Shown: positions 50,496 to 62,282, counted from the whole stretch's first letter. The stretch: 63,097 nucleotides of DNA, filler included, from Pirum gemmata (GCA_002812295.1; 28 parts of 28 records of this genome joined end to end with filler, not necessarily neighbours in it), one strand, 5' to 3'. The notes: generated by a model not told the origin, from the letters alone. Translations and numbers: made by a program.

Positions 50496-51599
50496 GTTCT
50501 TAACCACATTACCAACAACTAGAACAATTAAAATAATAGTCCCCTAGTCCGATATATCAATACCCTACTTAATAAAATTATGATCCGTTATAATAATAAC
50601 AATAATAATAATAATAACAGTAACAATAATTACAATAATAACAATAATAACAATAATAGTAATAACAAAAATTATAACAATAACAAATTAATAATATTTA
50701 AAAAAACTACTAAATCAACCACAACAACTATTTGGTAGTTTTTAAGAAAATTGTTATATATATTATTACGTAATTGCCCTATAATTGTAGTTGATCGTTT
50801 ATGTTTATCCTTGTAAACCTGTCCTTCGAATCTTTTTGCTTTTAGTTTGTAATACAGTAACTTTGTATGTGGTGATTGTATTTTGTATTGATGTGTGATT
50901 GATATGGTTGGCTTGGGTAAGATAGTTTGCAATCAAGTGTCTGGAACGTTCAANNNNNNNNNNNNNNNNNNNNNNNNNNNNNNNNNNNNNNNNNNNNTTA
51001 ATTAATTAANNNNNNNNNNNNNNNNNNNNNNNNNNNNNNNNNNNNNNNNNNNNTCTATTATCAGTATTATTATTGCTATTATTGTCACTATTGTCATTAT
51101 TATTATTATTATTCCAATACCCGACTAAAATTAGCAACAATACATCTAGAATACCATGTAATTATGTTTTATTTCAATTGATATGAATTCGAAGATATAA
51201 TATATAATATATTATCACCTGAACATAATATGATATATCCAGTTTCTCTCCACTCTCTTCGATGCAATCTAACCAGGTATATTACAAATTAATAGTTATA
51301 TATTATATACGTACTGTGTATTGGCTATACAATCGTTAGTTTGTAGCGAATCCAGAGGGTTTAATGTGATGAAAGAATTGATTGAATGGGATATGTTGAG
51401 AAAAACCAAACACACAAACCAACACGCGAACCAACACGCGAACCAACACGCGAACAAACAAAGATCGCAAAAACTCAGCGAAACCCGCAAGGCGAAAAAC
51501 TACCCGAAACCCCAGAAACCCATAAACACAAAAAGTGTATTTTTAAAACCCATGTTGTACCAGAAACAAAAAATCCTCTTTTTTTAAATTAAATTTTAT

Positions 51600-52290
51600 A
51601 AAGTAGCAATAGTAGTGGATATATAGTTATAGTAGTAGTAGCTATAATATATTGTATAGTAGCAGTAGTAGTAGTGGTGGTAGTAGTAGCTATAGTAGCT
51701 ATAGTAGTAGTAGGAGGAGGCAGAGAAGAAGCAGGAAGAGTAGTACTAGTACTGGTACTTCACCTAAAGAAAAAACGTATATGGAAGTTACTACTCCACA
51801 AAAGTATGTATGTAGTAGTATTATCTATGTTGTCCTTCTTTTGTTTGATGAAGAAGATCCATTGAAGGTCATATTATTATATAATTATTAATAAGTAAGT
51901 AAGATGTGTTTTTTAGTTTTATTGTAGTGTATGAAGTAATTAATACTATTGGTAGTAGACACACAATAGTAGTATAGTTATATATATACGTAGTAGTGGT
52001 GGTGGTGTGGTGGATATAGTTTAATATGGTGGTAGTAGCTATAGTAGTGTACGTAGTAGTAGTAGTAGTAGTAGTAGCTACAGTAGTAGTATTAATAAGA
52101 GGAGTATATATAATATTATATACGTAAAGTAGCAATAGTAGTGGATATATAGTTATAGTAGTAGTAGCTATAATATATTGTATAGTAGCAGAAGTAGTAG
52201 TGGTGGTAGTAGTAGCTATAGTAGCTATAGTAGTAGTAGGAGGAGGCAGAGAAGAAGAAGGAAGAGTAGTACTAGTACTGGTACTAGTAC
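51600..52290. repeat. About 160-bp direct duplication (51600 and ~52126) within a (GTA)n-rich tract
   Basis: AAAGTAGCAATAGTAGTGGATATATAG...GGAGGAGGCAGAGAAGAAG occurs twice. Confidence 0.85.
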
Positions 52291-52734
52291 TGCAAGTAGT
52301 AGTACTAGTAGTATTAATAGTAATAGTAGTAGTAGTAGTAGTAGTATAATATTAGGCAGTAGCTATAGTAGTAGTAGAATGATAGTAATAGTAGTAGTAG
52401 TAGTAGTATTAATAGTAGCTACTGTAGTAGTATCATAGTAGTAGTAGTGGTAGTAGTAGTAGTGGTAGTAGTAGTAAAAGTAATAGTGGTAGTGGTAGTA
52501 TGATAGTAATAGTAGTAGCAATGGTAGTACTTGTACTCGTCGTGATGGTAATATTAATTGTAATAGTATGTCATAGCTTTAATCTACTATCAATGCTATT
52601 ACACTATTAGTACAATTACTACTACTACTATTACCACAACTACCGCTAGCAGTATCTGATATCGGATATGATACCGATAGTAATATCAGAGTAGCTGCAG
52701 TAGTTGTGTTGATCTAGTGTGGTGGTCGAAAGTT

Positions 52735-52815
52735 AAGGATTAGGATTAGGATTAGGGTTAGGGTTAGGGTTAAGGTTAGGGTTAGGGTTAGGGTTAGGGT
52801 TAGGGTTAGGGTTAA
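52735..52815 (+). repeat. Interstitial (TTAGGG)n tract
   Basis: Directly visible, with TTAGGA/TTAAGG variants. Confidence 0.9.
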
Positions 52816-53239
52816 GTGATGGTTATGCTACAACTTACAATTATCAGACCAGGGATAAAGAGCACTTAGAGCAGAGTCATTAAAAAGACTAGACTTCTCC
52901 GAATTCTGCCCCTAAAACTCGACTTTCTGCTTCTGCCTTCTGCCCCGAAAAGCTTGATTTCTGCCGAGCAGAATTTCTGGTCTGTTTGGTCTGTTCGAAA
53001 TTAATTTTTTCGGGTTTAGTAATAAATACATGGGTNNNNNNNNNNNNNNNNNNNNNNNNNNNNNNNNNNNNNNNNNNNNTTAATTAATTAANNNNNNNNN
53101 NNNNNNNNNNNNNNNNNNNNNNNNNNNNNNNNNNNTTATTAAAGGTAATAAACAACTTTAACTATAACAAATGACAAATAATAATAATGATAATGAATAA
53201 TAATAATAAATAATAATAATAATATATTTGTAAATACTC

Positions 53240-54720
53240 ATGCTCTATTATGACTCTTGCTTTTGAGAAGGGCGGTTGTTTCATTTGACGTCATCTTCAT
53301 CGTCTAAACCCATAGTTGTCAAGTTATTGGATAAAGTAATGATTAATAAATCAATATTTTTTTTTTTTGTAAATATTCATACTTTATTAGGAATTTTGGT
53401 TTTGATATAATAATTTTGATTGGATATAATATATATATAATATGCAATAAATCAATACACATATCTGTACATAGTCTGTACATATATTGTATTTGTAAAT
53501 ATACATACTTTATTAGGACTTTTGGTTTTGATATAATAATTTTGGTTTTATAATAATTTTGGTTTTGATATAATAATTTTGATTGAATAATAATTTTGAT
53601 TGGATAATAATTTTGATAAAATACATAAAATATGCATATGTATATATTGTAAATACTCATATCATACTCTACTATGACTTTTGGTTTTGAGAAGAGCAGT
53701 CGTTTCATTGGTTTCATCTTCATCATCTAAACTCATATTCACAACGTCATTGGATAAAGTAATAACAGCACTATAATGTTCAATTGGAAGCTTGTCTATA
53801 CTATATTATGACTTTTGGTTTTGAGAAGAGCAGTTGTTTCATTGATTTCATCGTCATCATCTAAACTCATATTCACCACATCACTGCATAAAGTAATAAC
53901 AGCACCATAATGTTCAATTGGAAGCTTGACGATACTCTATTATGACTTTTGGTTTTGAGAAGAGCAGTTCTTTCATTGATTTCATCTTCATCATCTAAAC
54001 TCATATTCACCACATTATTGGGTAAAGTAATAACAGCGCCATAATGATCATGGTCAATTGGAAGCTTGTCTATACTATATTATGACATTTGGTTTTGAGA
54101 AGAGCAGTTGTTTCATTGATTTCATCTTCATCATCAAAACTCATATTCATCACATCATTGGATAAAGTAATACCATTACCATAATGTTCAATTGGAGCTT
54201 GTCTATACTCTATTATGACTTTTGGTTTTGAGAAGAGCAGTTATTTCATTGATTTCATCTTCATCATCTAAACGCATATTCACAGCGCCATTGGATAAAG
54301 TAATAACAGCACCATAATGTTCAATTATGACTTTTGGTTTCGAGAAGAGCAGTTGTTTCATTGATTTCATCTTCATCATCTAAACTCATATTCACCACAT
54401 TATTGGATAAAGTAATAACAGCGCCATAATGTTCATGATCAATTGAGCTTGTCTATACTCTATTATGACTTTTGGTTTTGAGAAGAGCAGTTATTTCATT
54501 GATTTAATCGTCATCATCTAAACTCATATTCACCATATCATTGGATAAAGTAATAACAGCACCATAATGTTCAAGTAGAAGCTTGCCTATACTCTATTAT
54601 GACTTTTGGTTTTGAGAAGAGCAGTTGTTTCATTGATTTCATCTTCATCATCTAAACTCATATTCACCATGTCATTGGATAAATTAATAACAGCACCATA
54701 ATGTTCAATTGGAAGCTTGT
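53240..54720 (-). repeat. Tandem array of a ~134-bp unit derived from the last ~44 codons of the P1B ATPase
   Basis: Anchor GAGAAGAGCAG at about 53689, 53823, 53957, 54097, 54230, 54342, 54480 and 54614 (the last lies in the CDS). A diverged ninth copy lies at about 53265. Confidence 0.93.
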
Positions 54721-55033
54721 CTTGAGTATACTTTGGTTTATAAAAATTCAAAAACAATGACATCACAATAACAGGAACAGACGAAAACAACTCCGATAAA
54801 CCCGCAAACGCAGGTGGTATAGCAATACCAAAACTCACATAAAGCGCACCTGACGCAATCGGCATCATTACTAAATTATAAATAAACCCCCAAACAAAAT
54901 TCCATCGTATTCTAGAAATAGTAGCACGAGCTAAGTCACAGGCATTTAAAATATCAAGCAAATCATCTTTTACCAAAATAATATCAGCAGTACTTAACGC
55001 CACCTCCGTCCCAGCACCAACGGCAATACCAAC
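54587..55033 (-). CDS. P1B-type heavy-metal-transporting ATPase, last exon
   Basis: Acceptor CTAG, then VGIAVGAGTEVALSTADIILVKDDL...RIRWNFVWGFIYNLVMMPIASG...PPAFAGLSELFSSVPV. Confidence 0.93.
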   Translation of the reverse strand, partial: VGIAVGAGTEVALSTADIILVKDDLLDILNACDLARATISRIRWNFVWGFIYNLVMMPIASGALYVSFGIAIPPAFAGLSELFSSVPVIVMSLFLNFYKPKYTQDKLPIEHYGAVINLSNDMVNMSLDDEDEINETTALLKTKSHNRV

Positions 55034-55348
55034 CTAGTTATTTTTATTGAAATATCGTATATCATAAAATAATAATAAAAAAAAGTAATCATAAACGGAA
55101 AAAGAAAGGTAAGAGGNNNNNNNNNNNNNNNNNNNNNNNNNNNNNNNNNNNNNNNNNNNNTTAATTAATTAANNNNNNNNNNNNNNNNNNNNNNNNNNNN
55201 NNNNNNNNNNNNNNNNTAACAACAATAACAACAATAACAATAACAATAACAATAACAATAACAATAACAATAATAACAATAACAATAATAAAAACAATAA
55301 AAACAATATATAATCCTAATATTAATACTTTTTTATATTATAAAAAAG

Positions 55349-55590
55349 GTGCTATGATATACAAGACTCGTTTTCAACCCATTAAGTATTTACAAAAAGA
55401 AAAAGTTAAAAAGACATTAGGACAAAGCAAAGTAGAAAATTACACTGGAGAATTAACTAACAGCATGATAATTGTTTTTGTTATTGTTTTCCTTGCCTTT
55501 TTGTTTGGTATTCGATTTATTTGGAAATATTATCATATGACTCCACAAACACCCTTATATAGTAATATAAATATCGAAAATACAGTCTAA
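55349..55590 (+). CDS. Probable terminal exon of a membrane protein with a C-terminal TM helix and YSNI tail
   Basis: Possible AAG acceptor at 55348. Hydrophobic MIIVFVIVFLAFLFGI is followed by a short tail ending LYSNINIENTV*. Confidence 0.45.
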
Positions 55591-56580
55591 CCTTATATAG
55601 TAATATAACTATTGAAAATAAGTGTATTTTCGCGCTTTATTTGGAAATATTTTATGACATCACATAAACCTTATATAGTAATATAATTATCTAAAATACA
55701 GTGTAATAGATGATAAGTAGTTAGTAAATGCCCCTCTCACGGAACTTGTCATATGGTTGAGATAGAAAAAGAGGGACTAACCTTATATAGTAATATAACT
55801 ATCCAAAATAAGTGTATTTTCGCGCGTTATTTGGAAATATTATTACATGACGTCACAGAACCTTATATAGTAATATGAATATCGAAAATACAGTGTAATC
55901 TAGATAATAGTTACTAAATGCCCTTCTCACGGAACTCGTCATATGGTCGAGATAGAAAAGGAGGACTAACATTATATAGTAATATAACTATCCAAATAAA
56001 GTAAAATTTTCGCGCTTTATTTAGAAATATTATATGACGTCACATAACCTTATATAGTAATATAAATAACGATAATACACTGTAATCTATAGATAATAGA
56101 TAGTAAATGCCCCTCTAACAGAACTCATATGGTTGAGATGGGAAAAGAGAGACTAACCTTATATAGTAATACAATTATAGAAAATAAGTGTATTTTTCGC
56201 GCTTTATTTGGAAATATTATTATATGACGTCATAGCAGCCTTATATAGTAATATAAATATCGAAAATACAGTGTAATCTATAGATAATAGATAGTAAATA
56301 CCCCTCTTATGGAACTCGTCATATGGATGAGATAGGAAAAGAGGGACTAATCTTATATAGTAATAATGTAACTATCTAAAATAAGTAATTTTTCGCGCTT
56401 TATTCGGAAATATTATTTTATGACGTTACTTAACCCTTATATAGTAATATAATTAACAAAAATACAGTGTAATAGAAGATAGGTAGTTAGTAAATGCGCT
56501 TGTCACGGAACTCGTCATATAGTTGAGATAGAGAAAGAGGATTAACCTTATATAGTAATATAACTATATAAAATAAGTGT
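55515..56580 (+). repeat. Tandem array, ~190-bp unit, about 5.5 copies, two AACCTTATATAGTAATATAA sub-repeats per unit
   Basis: Anchor TTTTCGCGC at about 55627, 55817, 56007, 56194 and 56390. Confidence 0.93.
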
Positions 56581-56892
56581 ATTATATTTATGCAGAAAAA
56601 AATACCGGAAAAAATACCGGGAAAATGCATAAAAAAGAAGGAAAAAGCAGGAAAACTGTAGGGAAAAAAGCAGGAAAATGCAGGAAACAATGCAGGAAAC
56701 AATGCAGGAAACAATCCAGGAAGTGATACTGGTAAAAGGCCGGTAAAAGACCGGACGCAATACGGGCAACAATGTAAATAGGAGAGAAAATTAAAAAGAG
56801 TTAAAACTTAAAGGTCATCTTGCAAATAATTTTAAAAACAATTAGTTCGTGTTGACTATTTTTCTAAGGGTGTTTATATCATAATGATTATG

Positions 56893-57170
56893 GTTAGGGT
56901 TAGGGTTAGGGTTAGCTAGAGTTAGGGTTAAGGTTAGGGTTAGGGTTAAGGTTAAGTTAGGGTTAGGGTCAGGGTTAGGGGTTGGTTAGGGTTAGGGGTT
57001 GGTTAGGGTTAGGGGTTGGTTAGGGTTAGGGTTAGGGTTAGGGTTAGGGTTAGGGTTAAGGTTAAGTTAGGGTTAGGGTCAGGGTTAGGGGTTGGTTAGG
57101 GTTAGGGGTTGGTTAGGGTTAGGGGTTGGTTAGGGTTAGGGTTAGGGGTTGGGGTTGGGGTTAGGGTTAA
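56893..57170 (+). repeat. Degenerate (TTAGGG)n tract with higher-order duplication
   Basis: Directly visible. A further short run lies at 57276-57311 on the next scaffold. Confidence 0.9.
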
Positions 57171-58387
57171 TGATANNNNNNNNNNNNNNNNNNNNNNNNN
57201 NNNNNNNNNNNNNNNNNNNTTAATTAATTAANNNNNNNNNNNNNNNNNNNNNNNNNNNNNNNNNNNNNNNNNNNNTAGGGTTAGGGTTAGGGTTAGGGTT
57301 AGGGTTAGGGTAATTGATTGATAAAAAAGTCGTCATTTAGATAAATAAACTTCTCTTCCAAATTTGGAATCTTGTGTAGATGCATTTCTATAGTTATAGA
57401 GTTGAATGTAGGCAAAATATTTGATGGCATGATTTCATGGTGGTAGACATGTCGTATTTTTTAATTTAACGTTGTATTTTATAAACAAGTTCAATGATAC
57501 ACTTAAACAGTACTAAATCAAAGATTGAGAGACAACATCAAAGACAACTATATAAATAGACCAAAAAAACCCTGAATATTATAATATTTTAAGTAATATG
57601 GAAAACTAATATTAAAGATATTAATATAAATGTGCATAGAACCAGCAGCTATATTAATAATAATATAAATTATCATATATATAGCTACTACTAGTTATTT
57701 CAATTAATTCACTTTTAAAAACAGTGTCGTCCTTATCATTTATTTAGTCACTATAAATATTTATTGGGAAGGTTATAATATTTAAATTGACACTTTTAAA
57801 TAAATATATAGATAATAAAATATACCAAATTAAATTAAATGGATTAATATTGGATTAATTTGGTACTATTTATTGTATATATGTATAGATGGCAAAACAA
57901 CTGAAAAGCACAACACTAGCTAGAAAAGCACAACACTAGCTAGACCTACCAGTAAATTAAAAAGATTGAGAGACAACTGTAATTAAATAGACTATATAAA
58001 AAATAATAAAATTTAATAATAATAATAATAATAATAATAACAATAATAAATTTTTATTATTATTCATAATATTATAAAAAATTCCTGAATGTCATGTGTA
58101 ATTTGCAAGCTTTTCTTTATTTATTTATATAATAAATAGTTTATAAATTTATGATAATAAATGTGGAAACAAACACTATGATAAAGAAACCAGCACTGGC
58201 AAATAGCACTTTCAGGCAGTGTCAGCCAGCAGCTACCAAAGCCTACCATACTATAGTCATACTATGCCACTATCATACTCTAAGTGGTATGAGTAGCTAC
58301 CGAGTTTTCTTATTTATCAATTACTTGCCACTCAACGAGGTTAATTTAATTTGGTTCTTTTTATTATATATTTATTTATTTAAAAAT

Positions 58388-58880
58388 GTAACTTCAAAGT
58401 AGGTTCATTAGGATGGTGTGGTGGAGGCATTTATTTTATTGATCACAGCTGTCACATTAGCCACTTTCCTAATGGTAAACACAGTAGAAATCAATGTGAT
58501 AGTGTTACTTTTAATCCTGGAGATGGAGATGAATTTATTGTTTACAGTCCTAATCGTATTGTTTCCAAAAGGCTTTACTGCTATATAAGAAAAGATGGTT
58601 ATTGTATACCACTATAACGGAGGAAGTACAAAGACACTATACCATACTACCAGTAGCTGTACTTATTCTAAAAGGAAACTTCAAAGCAGGTTCACCAGGA
58701 TGTGTGGTGGAGGTATTTATTTTATTGACCACCCATATCTAGAAAAATCAAAATATTATGCAGATCGTGTAACTATATCTGGTTTGATCCTTGAGGTCGA
58801 GGTCAATTAGCCACAGTAGAAAACAATGTTTTAATTCTAGAGATGGAGATGAATTTATTGTTTACAGTCCCAATCGTATT
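58388..58880 (+). pseudogene. Two tandem, deletion-riddled copies of a PARP-like (H-Y-E) ADP-ribosyltransferase domain
   Basis: Fragments KTLYHTT, NFKAGSPG/CGGGIYF, KSKYYA...GLILEVEVN and DSVTFNPGDGDEFIVYSPNRI. The GGGIYFIDH and GDEFIVYSPNRI blocks each occur twice. Confidence 0.65.
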
Positions 58881-59125
58881 AATTAATGTAGTATTTTATA
58901 AAAAGTTTAATTATATACTTAATTAAAATGTACCAAATTTAAAGATCAAGAGGACAGTTCAAAAAATGAAATAATCGGTGCCAAATTATATAATATTGTT
59001 GTCAAAAGGTGTTACTGTTATACCAAAATAAATGGTCAATATTAATGTAAAAAAGTACAATTATACACTTAAAATGTAGCAAATTAAATATCGAGTGGAC
59101 AGTTCAAATTATTATATTATTATTA

Positions 59126-59157
<32 letters not shown>

Positions 59158-60241
59158 CATTCTTATATATTATTACTATTATTATTATTATTATTATNNN
59201 NNNNNNNNNNNNNNNNNNNNNNNNNNNNNNNNNNNNNNNNNTTAATTAATTAANNNNNNNNNNNNNNNNNNNNNNNNNNNNNNNNNNNNNNNNNNNNAAA
59301 AAAAAAAAAAAAAAAAGATAAAAAAAAAAACCTATCATAAAACAAAATGTTCATAATACACTCATAATACCTTTATTATTGGTTAACAATTTTTAAAAAA
59401 AAAAATGTTTATGCCATGCGCCAAAACGAATTAAAATACTTTGTTGAGGAGCTTTACTTTTTTAGAAAAACATTGTGTGTCGGCCCCCTGCGAGAGGTTC
59501 CTTATTATAGGGAGAGGTTATCATAACTAAGCAGTACTAAGCCATAACTAATTTAGCTAAAGGGTCTAGATCTGGTATAGCCTAAAGCCTGGCATTAGCC
59601 TACCTAAGCACTACCTAAGCAGTACCTAAGCCTACCTACGACTATAGCTTAGCTATGCATAACGAACTATGCATCTATGCATATGCATATTATGTATCAT
59701 ACGAGTAGGGGTGAGATGACGTCGTTTTATTATTACCGAACAGCTGCCGGAACTTTTCCGATTTTATGGTTTTTATTACTATTAATGTTAATATTATTAC
59801 TTTAATTGGTATCAATTATATTAGATTTACTATTTTAAGCTATTTAACTGCTATTCTTAGTAAAAAACACGGAACTAAGGTTGGCTCGATAAACATCTGT
59901 TCGAAAAAAGTTCCAGTAGATATCTCACCCCTACTATCATACGACAGTACTGTACGTTACTAATACGAGTATACGACTAAAGAGACTAAAGAGCTAGCTA
60001 GCTAGCTATAGTACAAACAATCTAAAAACTTCATCCTTTTTTTTTACTAATGAACACTAGTTATCTTTTTATATGTATATATTCGAAAATTTCAAATCTA
60101 TTAAATACCTATTTCATTATTTTTGTTCGAAAACTGAAAATTCTAGTGAACCCCCTCAAAGTTGGCCGTTTTTTAATTGTTTACACCATAGGACTAAAGA
60201 GTGACTAATAAGCTCGACTACCCATATTAGGTCAAGCTAGC

Positions 60242-60400
60242 TAGGGTTAGGGTTAGGGTTAAGGTCAGGGTTAGGGTTAGGGTTAGGGTTAGGGTTAGGG
60301 TTAGGGTTAGGGTTAGGGTTAGGGTTAGGGTTAGGGTTAGGGTTAGGGTTAGGGTTAGGGTTAGGGTTAGGGTTAGGGTTAGGGTTAGGGTTAGGGTTAG
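60242..60400 (+). repeat. Interstitial, nearly perfect (TTAGGG)n, about 26 units
   Basis: Flanked by non-telomeric sequence on both sides. Confidence 0.95.
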
Positions 60401-60470
60401 AAAGTCTTCTACTAGCTCTAGAGCTACTAGCTAGCTAGTCACTGTTTGCTTGCGTAAAGATGGGAGACAT

Positions 60471-60651
60471 GGGAATCATCCATATAAAAAGGACGTCACC
60501 TAATCTTAACTATGCCTCTTTGCCCAAAACACTTTTGGTCATAATTTTAAAGTTCATTTTAATAATTAATTCCTGCATAAAACAGTTTAAGTCACACTTT
60601 CGAGCAATGACTTCTATCAAAGAATAAGCGACGTCCTTTATGAATTTTCTC
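60471..60651. mobile_element. MITE family A, full copy
   Basis: Reverse complement of 42183-42363. Confidence 0.8.
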
Positions 60652-61201
60652 ATATATAGTAGGAGACATCAGCGGGAGACATAGACTTGTGGTGCAAATT
60701 TCATGCCATATTCATAGGGTTTACGACAACATCATTGTAGTAGTGATTGTCCAAGTGGGAATCTATGCAATACCTGGCTCGCAAATTGCTGGTCAGGATC
60801 GAAAATTTGTTTGTTGTAGTAAATGAAAATATCTTTAGAAACAAGCTAGTGTTTTATGCAATGTTTTATTATCTGATATTGTGTTATTGTTATTTATTTC
60901 GAACGCTTTTATTTTTCAATACAGGGTGGTTTGATACGTCATAGACTTTTAGTAACCAACAACAGTGCAATAAGCGCGACCTGTGCCACACTGAACGTTA
61001 CCCCATCAGCTCATTCCAAACCCTAACCCCTAACCCCNNNNNNNNNNNNNNNNNNNNNNNNNNNNNNNNNNNNNNNNNNNNTTAATTAATTAANNNNNNN
61101 NNNNNNNNNNNNNNNNNNNNNNNNNNNNNNNNNNNNNCAAGAACAAGAACAAGAACAAACAAGAACAAGAACAAGAACAAGAACAATGAAATAAAACTTA
61201 C

Positions 61202-61267
61202 AGCTTTATTCTCACTGACAAGTTTATCGAATTCGGTAACACCGCCTTTAAGTACAGTAACACCCAT
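61202..61267 (-). CDS. First exon of a small protein, thioredoxin-like N-terminus
   Basis: AAAATC-ATG, then MGVTVLKGGVTEFDKLVSENKA and a perfect GTAAGT donor. The WCGPC motif is not on this scaffold. Confidence 0.45.
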
Positions 61268-61476
61268 GATTTTTAAATTGAAATTCGTAAAAACGGAAAT
61301 AAAGAAATCTTGAAAAGTCGAATATCGATATATAATATATAATTAAAAATAATAATTGTGGTAAACTCATTTGGTATAGACTATTATTTATATATGATAA
61401 TATATTCGATTTATTATATCATCAATATCATATGATAATAAAAAAAAAAATTGGAAAAATAAGTGAAAAATATTAG

Positions 61477-61960
61477 ACTACCAGTAGTCTAGCAGCTCTA
61501 GCTAGCTAGTAGACTATCTAGTAGACTATCATAAGAGTAGACTAAGAGCTAGCTAGACTAAGCTCTAAAGGCTCTAAAGTAGTCTATGATAGACTATCAA
61601 TAGACTATTCTAGCCCTAACTCTGAATATTTATTAGGAGGGTTATATTATTTAAATTGACATTTTTAAATCAATACATAGATATTAAATTATACCAAATT
61701 AAATTAAATGGATTTATATTGTATTAATTTGGTACTTTTTAGCTATACTCTACGGTAGATGATGTAACCGCCAACTTCAAGACTAGCTACTAGAGACTAG
61801 CTAGCTAGACTACTAGCTAGACTAGCTAGCTAGTCTACTAGTCTATCTCTTAGTCTATCTAGTAGCTAGCTAGTGGACCCCCCGCTAGCTAGACCCCCTA
61901 GCTAGCTGGCTTAGCCCAGTCTAACTAGAGCTAGCTAGCTAGCTAGCTAGTAGACTACTT
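61477..61960. repeat. CTAG/AGCT/CTAC-rich quasi-palindromic low-complexity tract
   Basis: Dense CTAGCTAG words. Similar tracts at about 30050-30220, 36810-36860, 37215-37440, 40715-40780, 44270-44400 and 49525-49595. Confidence 0.8.
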
Positions 61961-61974
61961 CAGTCTTCAAGTAG

Positions 61975-62090
61975 CTTCAACACTTCTTCAACACTTCTTC
62001 AACACTTCTTCAACACTTCTTCAACACTTCTTCAACACTTCTTCAACTCTTCTTCAACACTTCTTCAACTCTTCTTCAACTCTTCTTCAA
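61975..62090. repeat. 11-bp minisatellite CTTCTTCAACA
   Basis: About 10 tandem copies. Confidence 0.92.
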
Positions 62091-62282
62091 CTACCCGACT
62101 TCAAATACCAGTCGTAATTTTTCTCTTTCTCTATTCGCCCACTCGCCCTCACCCCTAACTAAAGCACACACCCCTAAGGGCCCTGACTACTACTAGCTAG
62201 CCCCTAACTATCGATAGCTACTATAGAGCTAGAGTAGAGAGTCTAGCTAGCTAGCTAGGTCTACAAATATATATCATTATAA

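Noticed and set aside
50672..50953. Minus-strand coding-like fragment
   Set aside because: No recognisable motif and truncated by the linker, so no product can be supported.
55550..56580. AACCTTATATAGTAATATAA repeats with intervening sequence as a CRISPR-like array
   Set aside because: The intervening segments are two alternating homologous sequences, not unique spacers.
56893..57311. A true telomere spanning the linker
   Set aside because: The tracts are degenerate, end in non-telomeric bases, and belong to two different scaffolds.
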